A stretch of DNA of 64,000 nt from contig OX597826.1 of assembly GCA_951406725.2 (NCBI GenBank), forward strand, positions 41,168,001 to 41,232,000, in the 5' to 3' direction. Shown here one piece after another: positions 51,920 to 64,000 of the stretch (its first letter is position 1; each line of letters opens with the position of its first letter). Under the pieces are notes generated by a model, which was not told the origin of the DNA, made no database searches, and saw only the letters and a program-made list of their open reading frames with translations. Origin of the DNA: Octopus vulgaris. Its lineage: Eukaryota. Both the position numbers and the translations under genes were made by a program.

Positions 51920-52565
51920 CTCATTATAGATGAAGATCAGTTGCAATGGAAGGAGTTGAATCTCATTAGAATGGATAAAAAACAACAAGAAATGGGTTGT
52001 ACCTTATAATGAAATTCTTTTAAGAGTATTCAAATGTCACTGCAACATTGAAATTGACCTCAATGAGGTCAATTAAGTATGTCATCACGTGCATGCTGAA
52101 AGGAAATGACCGAGCAGCTGTTCAAATAAACAATAATGAAATTAGTCAATATCTAATGATTATACTAGACCATCTGAAACTGTCACATCCATTTTAGGAT
52201 TTTCAATTCAGGAAAGAGCACCTGCAATAGTGAGACTGCAAGTTCATCTACCGGATGAACAAAGGATATTGCTCACAAACAATGAGGATATATACGGCTG
52301 TCAATGAATGACATATGAGAACAAACATTAACAGAATTCTTTTCATTGTGCATCAATGATGACTTTTCCAAAACGTTACTTTATGCTGAAGTACCCATGT
52401 ATTTCACTTAGAACAGTAGTAACAAAAAATGTCAAAGAAAAAAGTGAGAAAAAAGTTGAAGACTATTTGAATGTTTTCAATGAAGAAACAGTTGGTTATG
52501 TTTATGTTGTCACACCAAAGGCAGGAGAACTGTATTATTTAAGAATTTTTTTGCATGAAGTTTGA
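51920..52565 (+). mobile_element. Helitron RepHel coding remnant
   Basis: WVVPYNEILLRVFKCHCNIE...SIKYVI..MLKGNDRAAV...ILGFSIQERAPAIVRLQVHLPDEQ...VYVVTPKAGELYYLRIFLHEV are conserved Helitron motifs, here frameshifted. Confidence 0.85.
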
Positions 52566-54697
52566 GATAGTGTTTTTTACCTTTCCTGCCATGCATTGAC
52601 ATTTTTAACTTCGAGTAGTTGTGACCCAATGGATCATGGCGGGTACATCTAGTACATATATATATATGTATATATAAATAAAAGTAAAAACTTACTGTGT
52701 ACAAGGCTGTGTGGCATTCGATTGTAAATAAAAATAATTATAAAATATATCAAGTACAGGACATCACCAATGAGTGAAAAATACATAGACACGCAAGCGA
52801 TAGGTACTGGACAAATTACCAAAAAATATACAATAAGAAAAAGACATCACCAACAAGTGAAAAATGTGTAAATACGTAATGAGAGACAAGTATGGGACAA
52901 AATACCACAAGAAGTCTAACCCCTCCTCAGTGGTCAACAGTTAATTACTCCTTATTTTGAACTTTCAGTGATAATATACACTCTTTGACAGAAAGGAACA
53001 CAGAAATAAACAGGGAGAGAAAATAGGAAAAGGTTTAGTGGCTAGCAATCTATCATGGTGAATACCGGACATAGGAGAGCTAAGAAGAAGGGGAGATAAT
53101 AAAGTAGTGGTGATCCTGAAACGAAGGTGTGCATGTGTGTGTATGTGCGTGTGGAAGGGGGCTGGTGACATTCATGTGTGTGTGTGTGTGCATGTGTAGG
53201 TGTGTGGATGATGGTGTAGGTGCTGGGAAGTGGTCAGTGCTAGTGTGTGCAGAAAAGCAATGAGAGGAAACTTGAAAGGGAAACTGAAAGACAGATTTGT
53301 TAAATATGACAGCCAATAAAATTAGAGTAATTAGTTTAGCTTTGTTGAAGTTGTCATTCAAAAGATATCTGATAGTAAAACTAACAGAAGATAGGAGGAT
53401 AATACAAATGGAAACCATAAGTTGCAGAATTGAGAAAATGAAAATTAAGTAAAGTTTGGAAAGCAGTGAAATAGTGTTTGGATGGCAGCAGTGTTGTGGT
53501 GTGTCATTTAGTTTGATGTATGTTGTGTACAGGAAGTGAATTATAAAATGGATCGATGGATTGATGACAGGAAAGGAGGTGAAATGAGTATTGGAGATGC
53601 TTTCCCTTTGCAGAAACTGCAGGACCTACTTATGAGATATTGGCAATCCCTTCTTTTGATGGTGGCGAAAGTTATTGCATTGTTGGAAGCTCTTCTGTAT
53701 CTTCAGCAGTTATCCCAGGGTCACAGCGATATTGCACCTTAACCTGTACACTTTGCCTGAATGGGGGTCAGTGATCTGAACTATCTCTCACCTAAAAAAG
53801 TGTTCCACCTGCAATTGCTTGGCAACTACCTTTAGTTTGTTTAAGCTGCTATGGCTGTCACCTTTGTAATTTTCTTCATTTGACGGGATTCCACACCAAT
53901 TATCTGCAGGAAATACCTCACTCATCTTGCTGGAGAATTGCAACAGCCAACTTTATATTATCTTATGTGAAATATTCTAGAAAGAAGAGTTGTATTTGTA
54001 ACAGAGGAGTGAGCCGTATAGACTTCAGTTTTGAATATATGTACCTGTCTCAGAATATTCAGTACTTCCATCATTTACCCCCTATCACATATCCCTCTCA
54101 TCACAGTTGTTCGTACCTCTATTATTTGTGCTTCTCGTGCTTGCAAGAGAGCAAAGGTGCAAGGTTGTGAAGTTTTATTAATTGTATTGAGGACATAACT
54201 TATACATATATATGTATATATATCTATACATATGTGTCTTTGTATTTGTGATTGTTCACCACCACTACCACTTGATGACTGGTGTTGGTTTGTTTACCCT
54301 CATAAGTTAATGGTTTGGAAAAAGTGACTTATAGATTAAGTTTCAGGTTTAAAAAATAAGCACTATATTCAATTTAGTTGACAGAACCTTTCAAAGCAGT
54401 ACCCCAGCATGGCTGCACAAACAAGTAAAAAATAAAAGATTATATCATCATCATCATCATCGTACTCGTTTAACATCCACTTTCCATGCTGGCATGGGTT
54501 GGACAGTTTGACTGAGGGCTGGCAAGCCAGAAGGCTGCACCAGGCTCCAATCTGATCTGACAAAGTTTCCACAGCTGGATACCGTTCCTAATGACAACCA
54601 CTCCAAGAGTGTAGTGGGTGCTTTTTACAAGCCACCAGTACAGGAGCCAGTCAGGTGGTACTGGCAACGACCACACTTGAATGGTGCTTATATATAT

Positions 54698-54751
<54 letters not shown>

Positions 54752-55191
54752 AATAAAACACATATCAGAAAAGAAGTACACTCTAAAGAATAGAGCAGTA
54801 AGTATTTATTAAAACAAGAAGTTAAATTCTGGTCATTGAGTTACCAATGGGTTTGTATCCATGAAAGCCACTGCTTGTCAGACTCTATACAAAAACAAAA
54901 TTGAACTTTCTACCACGTGGATGTGAGAAAATGCTATAATAACAAGACTTAATGGCTAACGTATAAAAATGTTAATGAGGATGGTTTATCTTCCTTGTAC
55001 CACAGTATAAGAAACCTTTACATACTCATGATATATATATTCTTTTATTCTTTTACTTGTTTCACCCATTTGACTGCGGCCATGCTGGAGCACCACCTTT
55101 GTTGTCAGCGAATCATACATATGAAACAGAAGCACATTCTAAAAGTTAGAGCAGTAATGTATTTACATGAATTAGATATATGCCTGGTCAC

Positions 55192-55253
55192 AGAGTGAGC
55201 AATGGTTTCACATCCATGAAGCATTTAGCTTTATAGATGACTCATCAGACTCC
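55192..55253 (-). ncRNA. Hammerhead ribozyme motif, near-intact
   Basis: GGAGT-CTGATGA-GTCATCTATAAAGC TAAAT GCTTCATGGATGT-GAAA-CCATTGC-TC-ACTCT. Stem III has a C-C mismatch and stem II is closed by G-U. Confidence 0.6.
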
Positions 55254-56071
55254 AAATGCTGAGGGCATATAGGCTCTCTTCAAACTGGAGATAGAAAACT
55301 CATAACACTCCATATTATCTGAGAGAAGGTGGCTTTCATAATTATGTAGATGTGTGTAATGGTGGTATAGCTATCAAACACAAACCACATGGTGGCCTTT
55401 GTAAGATATTCTGTGTCTAGGTCGTGAATGGATTGTCAGTGGATCTTACACCTGAAAAAAGAAGCACACTCTAAAAGTTAGAGCAGTAATACTTCCAGTT
55501 TGAAAAAAGGCTACATTCCTGCTGCCACTGGAGTCTGACGTGTCATCTATAAAGCTAAGCACTATATATCTATATATATAAAACTCAACTTGTGTGTCTG
55601 TGTGTGTATCTGTGCGTGTGTCTGTGTGTTTAACTTCCCGGCACATCTCCTCCTAGCCAACAAATCATAGAACCACAAAAAATGGGTCACTTAAAGTTTA
55701 GGCGACTGAAAATTGAACTGCGCTATTTCTGTTCTGAAATTCATCTCGCAAGTGCAAAAATCAATAGTGTGTTTGTTTAGGCCTTATCCCATGCATCTTC
55801 CAACCCATGCTAGCATGGAAAACGGACGCTAAACGATGATGATGATGATGATGATGATGAATAGTGAACTTTACTCAGTCAGCTGTTTGACGTGAACTGT
55901 GTTCACCACGCGTGCAAGCATGCGTAAATTGCATAAAAAATAAAAAATCAAGATATAAAAACAAATCGCCGTAAACATTGTAGAAATTTGGCAAAGAAAT
56001 GAATTTTCAGGATGTAGCCTGGAGGGTTTTTGTGTATTAATCATTTGGACTTTGTGAACACATACCAATTA

Positions 56072-56439
56072 TCTATATATATAAAGCTGAAGTTGTCTGT
56101 GTATGGCAAGTTTGGTAGCCTTCAGCTAACACTATCTCCTCCGAGACCCTGCGGCGCAAGTTGACCAAAGTTGAGAGTATGATAGAAGAAGGCTTGCTCT
56201 TCCTTCTGTAGAAGAAAAAAATTCAAATCTGACCATGTTAACACCAAAAATTATTTACATCAAAATGGTGCTTTTTTTCTATGAAAATCCCTATTTTTTT
56301 ACCATTTTTTGACTGTCGTCATTTTTCGTGTATTTCAACCAGAAAAATGTTCACTTAAAGAGAATAACAAACTACATAATGCAAAATTTTTACTTTTCAA
56401 AATTTCTAATTCTAAAGCAACGCCGGGTGATACTGTTAG
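56072..56439 (+). mobile_element. Non-autonomous Helitron, same family as 50469-50858
   Basis: A|TCTATATATATAAAGCTGAAGTTGTC start and GCAACGCCGGGTGATACTGTTAG|T end (CTAG mutated to TTAG). Confidence 0.8.
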
Positions 56440-56509
56440 TATATATATATATATATATATATATGTAAAAGCATTGATCATTCTATGATGACATATATTT
56501 AACTTCATG

Positions 56510-56543
<34 letters not shown>

Positions 56544-58422
56544 CAACTTGGCATACACATACACAACCAATTCAAGTCATAAGATACTGGCTGGTTCATG
56601 CTTATAGCACAATAGGTGAGTGCATAGAAAGAGTGAACCCAAACCATGTGATTGTGAAGCAAAGCTCAGTTTTTAAGGTGCTTTGGTACCTAGGTTAGGT
56701 TGTGGAAGTGGTCTGCTTGGAGCCAGATTATTTGGTCTTGCTGCATGCTGCTCCCAAAATAAACAATCACAATATTCAGCTTTTTGTAACATGTTTATTT
56801 ACAGACATATGTTACAATAGTTAATTTATGTAAGCTGTTATATTGAATACGAGTTGCTAGTATGTGAAAGGGGAAAATGTATTTGTGCTTGGTGAGAAGA
56901 GAAAATGTTAACTCTTAGTGCTTAGTGAGAGATGATCTTTTAACACAAGGTCAGAGTGACATTGATACCAGCAAACCCAGAAAACCTTTATGAGTGCTCT
57001 CTCTTTCTCGTCTGCCATATTCTGTGGTTGTATATCTCATGCATCTCAATTTATAACCATGATTTGACACAAAACTGAAAAGGATTTTCCATTGGATCAC
57101 ACCACCATTAAAATTGCATCAGAACAGCTATTGACTGAAATATGGGCAAAGATCACTTGGTATGTTGTGGCCTTCATTTGCTACTGGATTGAAAAGGTTT
57201 CAGATGCCAAGCACTATTACAATGTTTCATGATGGGCAGTGGATGAGAAATAAAATTCTCCTTAGACAGTATTATAACCTATTATTGGTAGTAACATTCT
57301 TGATGATCTGATACTAATTCCTGTCAGCAAAGTTACGTAGAATACAACCTGGAAACTTCTTCTGTGAATTTGAACTCACATTTGGAGTTTGTGCTCCAAC
57401 ACCTTATCCACTCAACCATTTTGGTTATATGGATAATATATATGTGTGTGTATATGTATATATCCGTGCCAGTAGCACATAAAAAGCACCAACCGATTGT
57501 GGCCATTGCCAGCCTCCCCTGGCACCTGTGCTGGTGGCACGTAAAAAGCACCCACTACACTCACGGAGTGGTTGGCGTCAGGAAGGGCATCCAGCTGTAG
57601 AAACACTGCCAGATCAGACTGGAGCCTGGTGCAGCCTCCTGGCTTCCCAGACCCAGATCGAATCGTCCAACCCATGCTAGCCTGGAAAATGGACGTTAAA
57701 CGATGATGATGATGATGTTTTCAGGAAATTATCAGATTATGAGAATTAACCATCAAGTCTGAATGAAAGAGGCAAAGATGTTTATAAGAAAATATACTTG
57801 GAGATTAGACAAATATTTTGATATAAGACATAGCAAGAAGAGAAACAACAGACAAGAAGTAAAGTTTATGGACTGCTTTTTTTTCTTATTTTGATGTCAT
57901 GGTTAGACAAAGGACAAAGTCCAGATTCTTGTTTTAGGACATCAGTAACTGGTGGGATAAAAGAAAGTTATCTTTCCACCAGACACCAGGCCTAAATGTT
58001 TAAAATGGAGTAGGCTTCATGAAAATACTCATGGGTCAGATGGCAATGTTAAACTGAAGTGGTACATTAACATTCTTCCCAAACATTGTGTGGTAGACTT
58101 ATCAAGCTCTTCATTAATATTTGATGAGAATAAAGTGGCAAGCTAGAAGAATCATTAGCACACTGGGCAAAATGCTTAGTGGCATTTCATCTGTCTTTAC
58201 ATTCTGAGTTGAAATTCTGTCAGGGTCAATAAAATAAGTAACAGTTGAGCACTGGAGTTAATGTAATCGACTTACACGCCACCACCGAAATTTCTGGCCT
58301 TGTGACTATTGTAGAAACGAGTATTTGGTAAGGATAATTAATGAGAAATATTTAGAATGGCAAGACAGAATTTACACAAAAGGATTTGAGTGGACATGTG
58401 TTGTGCTTCATTTTATTTATGA

Positions 58423-58836
58423 CTAGCAGCATAGCCCAGGTATGTAAGAGCCCCTAGTAGGCAACGACTAATCCCAATCTAGTCCTTTCCCTCTAGAGAA
58501 CGCAGGCGCATGTGTAGGTTGCAATGTCTTCTCTTCACTCAAATACTTCTGTGTATACGATGTTCCTAGCTGTCCCTTCGGGCGATAAAAAGGTCGAGTT
58601 GTGTCCCCTAGACAGAAAATGTGTTGCATATAAAAAGCTTAGATTCTCAACCCCATGTTGAATTTATCGATTTTTTTCAGAACTGGGGGAACTTTTCAAA
58701 ATTTTCACTGCGTTAGTTTTGAATTATGACATTGGGCTATGTGTGTGTCAAGTTTCATCATAATCGGTTGAAAGCCATGGTCAGGGTGAGGGTACAGACA
58801 CACAGACAGACAAACTGCCATTTATATATAGAGAGA
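58423..58836 (-). mobile_element. Non-autonomous Helitron, different family
   Basis: The minus strand starts A|TCTCTCTATATATAAATGGCAGTTTGTCTGTC and ends CCTGGGCTATGCTGCTAG|T. Confidence 0.7.
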
Positions 58837-59280
58837 TGCATGTATTTTGGCTATTATTGTTGTCTCTCTTGACTTATTGCTGCTTTCTGTTCCTTCTCTT
58901 ACCCTTTTCTGATGAGTTGTAGTGCACCTAAGTACTGTGAAACATTCATTTATTAATTTTCTTTACCCACTATTTTTGGGATGGTTGCAGGGGCAGAATC
59001 TTCGGACGCCTTTTCCATACGGTCCTATCAGAAGCAACCACCATTACACTTTCTCATTGGGTTCCCAAGCATGACCAACTGAGACTATGGGTATTATTCA
59101 ACCATCTTGTTCTTGGTCTACCATTAGGTCTCTTGCTAGTTGGCTTGACTTGAAGAATCTGTCTTGTAATTCTTTCTTGTGACATTTTAACTACAGTTAA
59201 AGTTAATCAAAATTAAATGCAAAAATATAGTTAACAGCTGTGAGAATTTCTTCAAGTGATACTTTAATAATAATAAAGAC

Positions 59281-59329
<49 letters not shown>

Positions 59330-59347
59330 TTGATAATAATAATAATA

Positions 59348-59844
59348 CAAAAATTCGTATGACCACAAAACTGAAGGCATCATCGAAAATGGAAATGCAA
59401 AGATCCTATGGGATTTTATGATTCAGTGCAACCATAAGATAGAAAATAGGAAGCCGGACATAGTCTTAATTGAGAAAGAAAACAAACTATGCTGGATCTT
59501 AGATATAGCATGCCCAGCTGACAAAAAGGTATGCGAAAGGAAGAAAGAAAAGTTGAGAGATATGACAGGTTAGCTTGCATAGTTAAGCAGTTGTGGTCGA
59601 TGAAAAAGGTGGCAGTAGTACCAGTAATTGTTGGAGGCCTGGGAACAGTGAGCAAAAATCTCGTGAAGTATGTGGACCAAATAGGGGCTACAATAAGGGT
59701 GGAGCATTTGCAAAAAACAGCACTGCTTGGAACCACTTGAATACTGCAGAAGGTGCTTGAAAAATAAGAGGTGTTACCTTAGTTCACTAGTATTGAACAG
59801 CTGACACTGTAATACATCTCCAGCATTAGAAGCTGTGCAAAGGC
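59348..59844 (+). mobile_element. 5'-truncated R4/Dong-clade non-LTR retrotransposon inside (TAA)n
   Basis: YDHKTEGIIENGNAKILWDFMIQCNHKIENRKPDIVLIEKENKLCWILDIACPAD...VVPVIVGGLG...LQKTALLGT is a PD-(D/E)xK endonuclease. (AAT)n lies on both sides. Confidence 0.85.
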
Positions 59845-59898
<54 letters not shown>

Positions 59899-61872
59899 TA
59901 GGGGTTGATAAAATAAGTATCAGTTGAGTACTGAGGGCCGATGTAATAGACTTACCCACCTCACCTGAAATTGCTGGCCTTGTGCTAAAATTTGAGATTA
60001 TTATTATTATTAAAGTATCACTTGAAGGAATTCCCTCAGCTATTAACTACATTTTTGTATTTAATTTTGATTAAATATTTTCAGTTTTACTTGTTGTGTC
60101 TGGAGGAAGGCAGCATTGCCCATAGCTTTTGCAAGCTTTCCTAGGCTGGTTAGACAGATAACATTGATATAAACCAACACCTGCTGAGAAAGATATGAGC
60201 ATAGAGTGAATTCCACACAGCTAACATTTTCGGAAGTGTGAGCTGGATCTAGTGGCTAGGTGTGTGTGGATGCAGTATCAATGATTGGAAGAGGAGAGGC
60301 GAGTAGGATAGGAATACCTGAACGGAGATGGTATGACCCCCGAGCTGCTCTGAGGAGCAGAGGCAATTATAATGGTAGTTGAAAAGGCTGAAAAAGGAGA
60401 TAGTGGACCTGTGGGCCAGATGCCGGAGGGTGTCTGAGTTAGTCTGGAGTTTCTGCGTGGTTGCTCAACTCGCTAGAAATAGCAGACGAATCTCCCCCAA
60501 ATCATATCCTACCGTTTTCAGGAAGAACACATTGAATATTGCAGTTCTGTATAACCTCAAACGTATAGGCTGATCGTAGACAGATTGCCTTCAACAATAG
60601 AATTGTTCAATGAAGGAAGGTCTGGGTGTAAACAATGTTAGGCCTCATAAGGTTTTTGTAAAATTTTATTTCATTTTTACATGTGTGCTCATGAAGAGGA
60701 TATTGTGAGAGGTGTCGAGCAGGTCAACCAAATCGGAGACCCGAGTAAACAGTGGCTAATATGATGTACAATAGTAGTAGTTAATTTAACATGATGCTCG
60801 AAGAAGGCCATGTTAAAAAACACCGACACACGCACACACACACATAGTGTTTAACATGTACCATAAAAGAAATCCATAGGGATCCCGGTTCACAACCGGG
60901 GATATTTCATATCACAATCGTGGGTAATGAAACGCTTTAACTCACATTTCGGTCTTTTATGAGGGTAGTTTATTGCTGAAAATAGTCTGGCGAAGGACCC
61001 AGATATTTACTGCTTTAATCCATTGTCCCTTGCATCAAATTAATGAAATAATTAACAGTTCATAGTGTGTGTGTGTTTTTTTTTTATTTAATCCATATAT
61101 TTCTCTAATCCATTTATGGCATCGTCTGTATAAAGGCTGTATTAAATGTTGACACTGTATAAAGCTAACAGAGCAGACGAAATCGTCACTTCGTCTGTTC
61201 TATTTTTGTTTAGAACAGGAAGAAAAAAAAACAACAACTTTATTAACATGAGATAATAAATACATAAAAAAATAATTATAAAGCGAGTGAAGTAAATACA
61301 GCAATCAGTTGGGAAAAGAAGCAGATACATCAATAGTTGTATTCCCAGAAGGCTTTTGTATTTATTCGACAAATTGTAATCATTTCAGGTTTACTAAGGG
61401 GTTCACAACGTCGATAAACAGAAATTAAACCTCAATATTGAGCAATGGAGAGAGAGATGGGGGGAGAAATATTGGGCGAGAAAAAAAAATTTCCGTCACC
61501 AAAATTATCAACCGTACCTCACTACATTATCTCACCACACTCACACTTCTTAGGTCTGATCACTAGTCCCCCCTTGTCTCTCTTGCCTTTGTTCTCCTCT
61601 CTACAAATTATCTCTCTTTTCTCTCTATCGCTCTGTTTTTCCATGTTAGTAACTCTACACACTGTCTTCTGTTCTCTCTCTCTCTTTACTCTTATGATTA
61701 TTACGCACCACACTCTTAGTCTTTCCTCTTACTACTACTACTAATACTACATTCTCTCTATCTGATTAACTTTCTCTCTTCCTCGGTCTACCTGACTCTT
61801 TCTCTCTCTCTCCCTCACTCGGATTCGAGTTGAATCCTCCCCCCTTCACTTCATTTCATTTCTTCACTCACT

Positions 61873-61888
61873 CACACGTCACTTCCGG
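61873..61888. promoter_or_regulatory. Composite ETS-CRE promoter motif in a CpG-retaining region
   Basis: CACACGTCACTTCCGG (reverse complement CCGGAAGTGACGT), about 60 nt upstream of the strong donor AG|GTAAGT at 61950. Confidence 0.6.
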
Positions 61889-62035
61889 TCTGCATCCGGG
61901 TCTTGAATTAGTCATGGTGGATGCAAGTTTCTTTTAGCGGGTTGAAGAGGTAAGTACACAGACTAATTGTGTGTATCCCTTATTACATTTGGCTATTTAG
62001 TTCATCCTGGATATATTAATTAGGACAAACTTAAG

Positions 62036-62100
62036 ATGAAGATAAAATCGTTTACAACAATGGAGCAGGCCAATAGTCGTGAGTTAAATGCGAATCCAGA
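62036..62100 (+). CDS. Putative first coding exon of an unidentified gene continuing beyond the window
   Basis: A 5'UTR exon ends at 61949 (GTAAGT). Acceptor AG at 62022-62023 or 61999-62000. ATG 62036 gives MKIKSFTTMEQANSRELNANP, then donor GTGAGT at 62101. No homology recognised. Confidence 0.45.
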
Positions 62101-62629
62101 GTGAGTTTCTCGGTGTATAAGCACAACGGTTTGGTTGAAGAGTAAAACAAAAATGTGTTGAATTTTTCACAGCCGACTATCAGCTTTGCTTTTTGCTCTT
62201 TCCTTCAACGTTATTTTGGTTTAATATTAAAGAATCTGACTATGTAGAGACATTGGAATGCAGGTATTTTACACTAGACTTCTGACTTTGGCGAAAAAAC
62301 ATTTTCTGTTTCACATTTTCTCCTCTTCCGAAATGAAATTCTAATATGCAATTAATCCTGTCATTATTTCAAAGGGAAGTATTTGCTCTGTAAATTCTGG
62401 GTCATATTTCTTCTGATTTAGTTTTACTATTGAGAACTACAAATATAGGTACTTAACGTAGATATATATGTAGATGTATATGTGTGTATATATAGTTATA
62501 TAATAAGAATAATAATGGAATTGAAAAAAAGACATTGTCAGAGTTGATTATAAAATCCGAAACCATGGAACTATTATACTTCTTTCATGTAAACCTGTTT
62601 ATAAACAACTGATGCTTAAAATGTATCTT

Positions 62630-62674
<45 letters not shown>

Positions 62675-62740
62675 TATATATATATATAATACACACACAC
62701 ACATATATATATAATACACACACACACATATATATATAAT

Positions 62741-62784
<44 letters not shown>

Positions 62785-62856
62785 TTATATATGTATGCAT
62801 TATACACACACTCTAACACATTGTGTACGTCTATACGTATTTGAGTCTGTACGCCA

Positions 62857-62903
<47 letters not shown>

Positions 62904-63446
62904 GCGAAAGATAGGTCAGTTTAGGTTTTCTTAAACGGAGATTATTTCATCTGTGCATTCTAAATTATTTCCATCTCAGATCTGTAACTTTTTCTTTAGG
63001 TTTATTTAATCATTTCACTGTCTTCAGATTCTGTATTCTTATACACATAGATGGCACCAACTCACATCCCTCCCTGCAGCCGCTCAGAATCCAACCTCAC
63101 CTACCCCCCTGCCTTTCCTACTACAGATATTGTAAACAAGATTTATGTCTATCTATCTATCTTCATTGTGATAGATCTGTATCTTTTGTCAATAATCAAT
63201 TTAGTTTCAACTCAAATAGGCGTGTGTTGTGGAACTGTTTTCCATTGTTAGCTGTTTGATGCGTTTTTGCATCTATTTTTCCTTGTCCATCTTGCCAAAG
63301 GTAGCAGACATATATGTTTGTGTGTGTTTCTGTATGTATGTATGTATGTGCTTATATATATATATATATATATATGTAATTATATTTGTGTGTTTGTGTA
63401 TGTATGTAAAAATTTGTGTATATATGTGCATGATAATAATATATAT

Positions 63447-63480
<34 letters not shown>

Positions 63481-63523
63481 CACGTATGACTACATATGCA
63501 TATAATATATGCACATAGTACAC

Positions 63524-63561
<38 letters not shown>

Positions 63562-63679
63562 GATGTATGTATATAGTTCTGTAGTTGTATGCAAATATCT
63601 ATCCATATATTTAAGCGTATATATATATATTTATGCATTAATATTTGTGTCCTTACATATTTTTGTATGGTATACACAC

Positions 63680-63730
<51 letters not shown>

Positions 63731-64000
63731 TACTTATTTCTGTATGTATCTATATATATATATCCATATATTTGTATGTATAAATGTCTGTTCTATATAT
63801 ATTTGTGTATGTATATAACACACACACGTGTGTTTGGAGCAAAAAAAAGAGTACTCAATAAGGTGTGTAGTTTTCACAACTGCTGTTAATAGCCGCTTAT
63901 GTCACCAACTTTTCATTACATGTGTGTGCGTGTGTATCTATTTATCTGTACACATACACAATGTATTGAAATGCTTTATGAACTTCATGTGATAATCTAC

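Noticed and set aside
57040-58090. Possible pogo/Tigger transposase remnant
   Set aside because: Only faint motif similarity, and no TIRs found.
58905-58950. CTGATGAG...GAAAC resembling a hammerhead core
   Set aside because: It matches the CR1 3' tail stem-loop seen near 26415 and 28737, and has no stem I or stem III.
62616-63889. Multiple ORFs rich in YI/CV/HT
   Set aside because: They are translations of (TA)n, (TG)n and (CA)n tracts.

Overview
This is AT-rich, microsatellite-rich animal DNA. The SINE, Helitron and LINE repertoire points to a coleoid cephalopod, most likely Octopus (inference from repeat recognition). Host genes: (1) a complete five-coding-exon mitochondrial ornithine carrier, SLC25A15-like, on + at 2793-22829. 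I spliced it by hand: 930 nt, 309 aa, all GT-AG, phases consistent. (2) An ankyrin-repeat/SOCS-box (ASB-like) gene with an uninterrupted CDS on - at 35209-36426. (3) A probable promoter and first exons of an unidentified + strand gene at about 61.9-62.1 kb. The rest is nested mobile DNA: a full-length but frameshifted Tc1-family element with DD36E spacing; non-autonomous Helitrons with swapped 5' modules; piggyBac-, Merlin- and hAT-like MITEs; Gypsy, RTE, CR1, R4/Dong and Penelope remnants; and several SINE families. The most notable unannotated signal is a set of hammerhead-ribozyme motifs in short Penelope-like cassettes. One, at 47147-47210 (-), has a fully intact catalytic core; about eight others are degenerate. 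Most short ORFs in the supplied track are spurious repeat translations.
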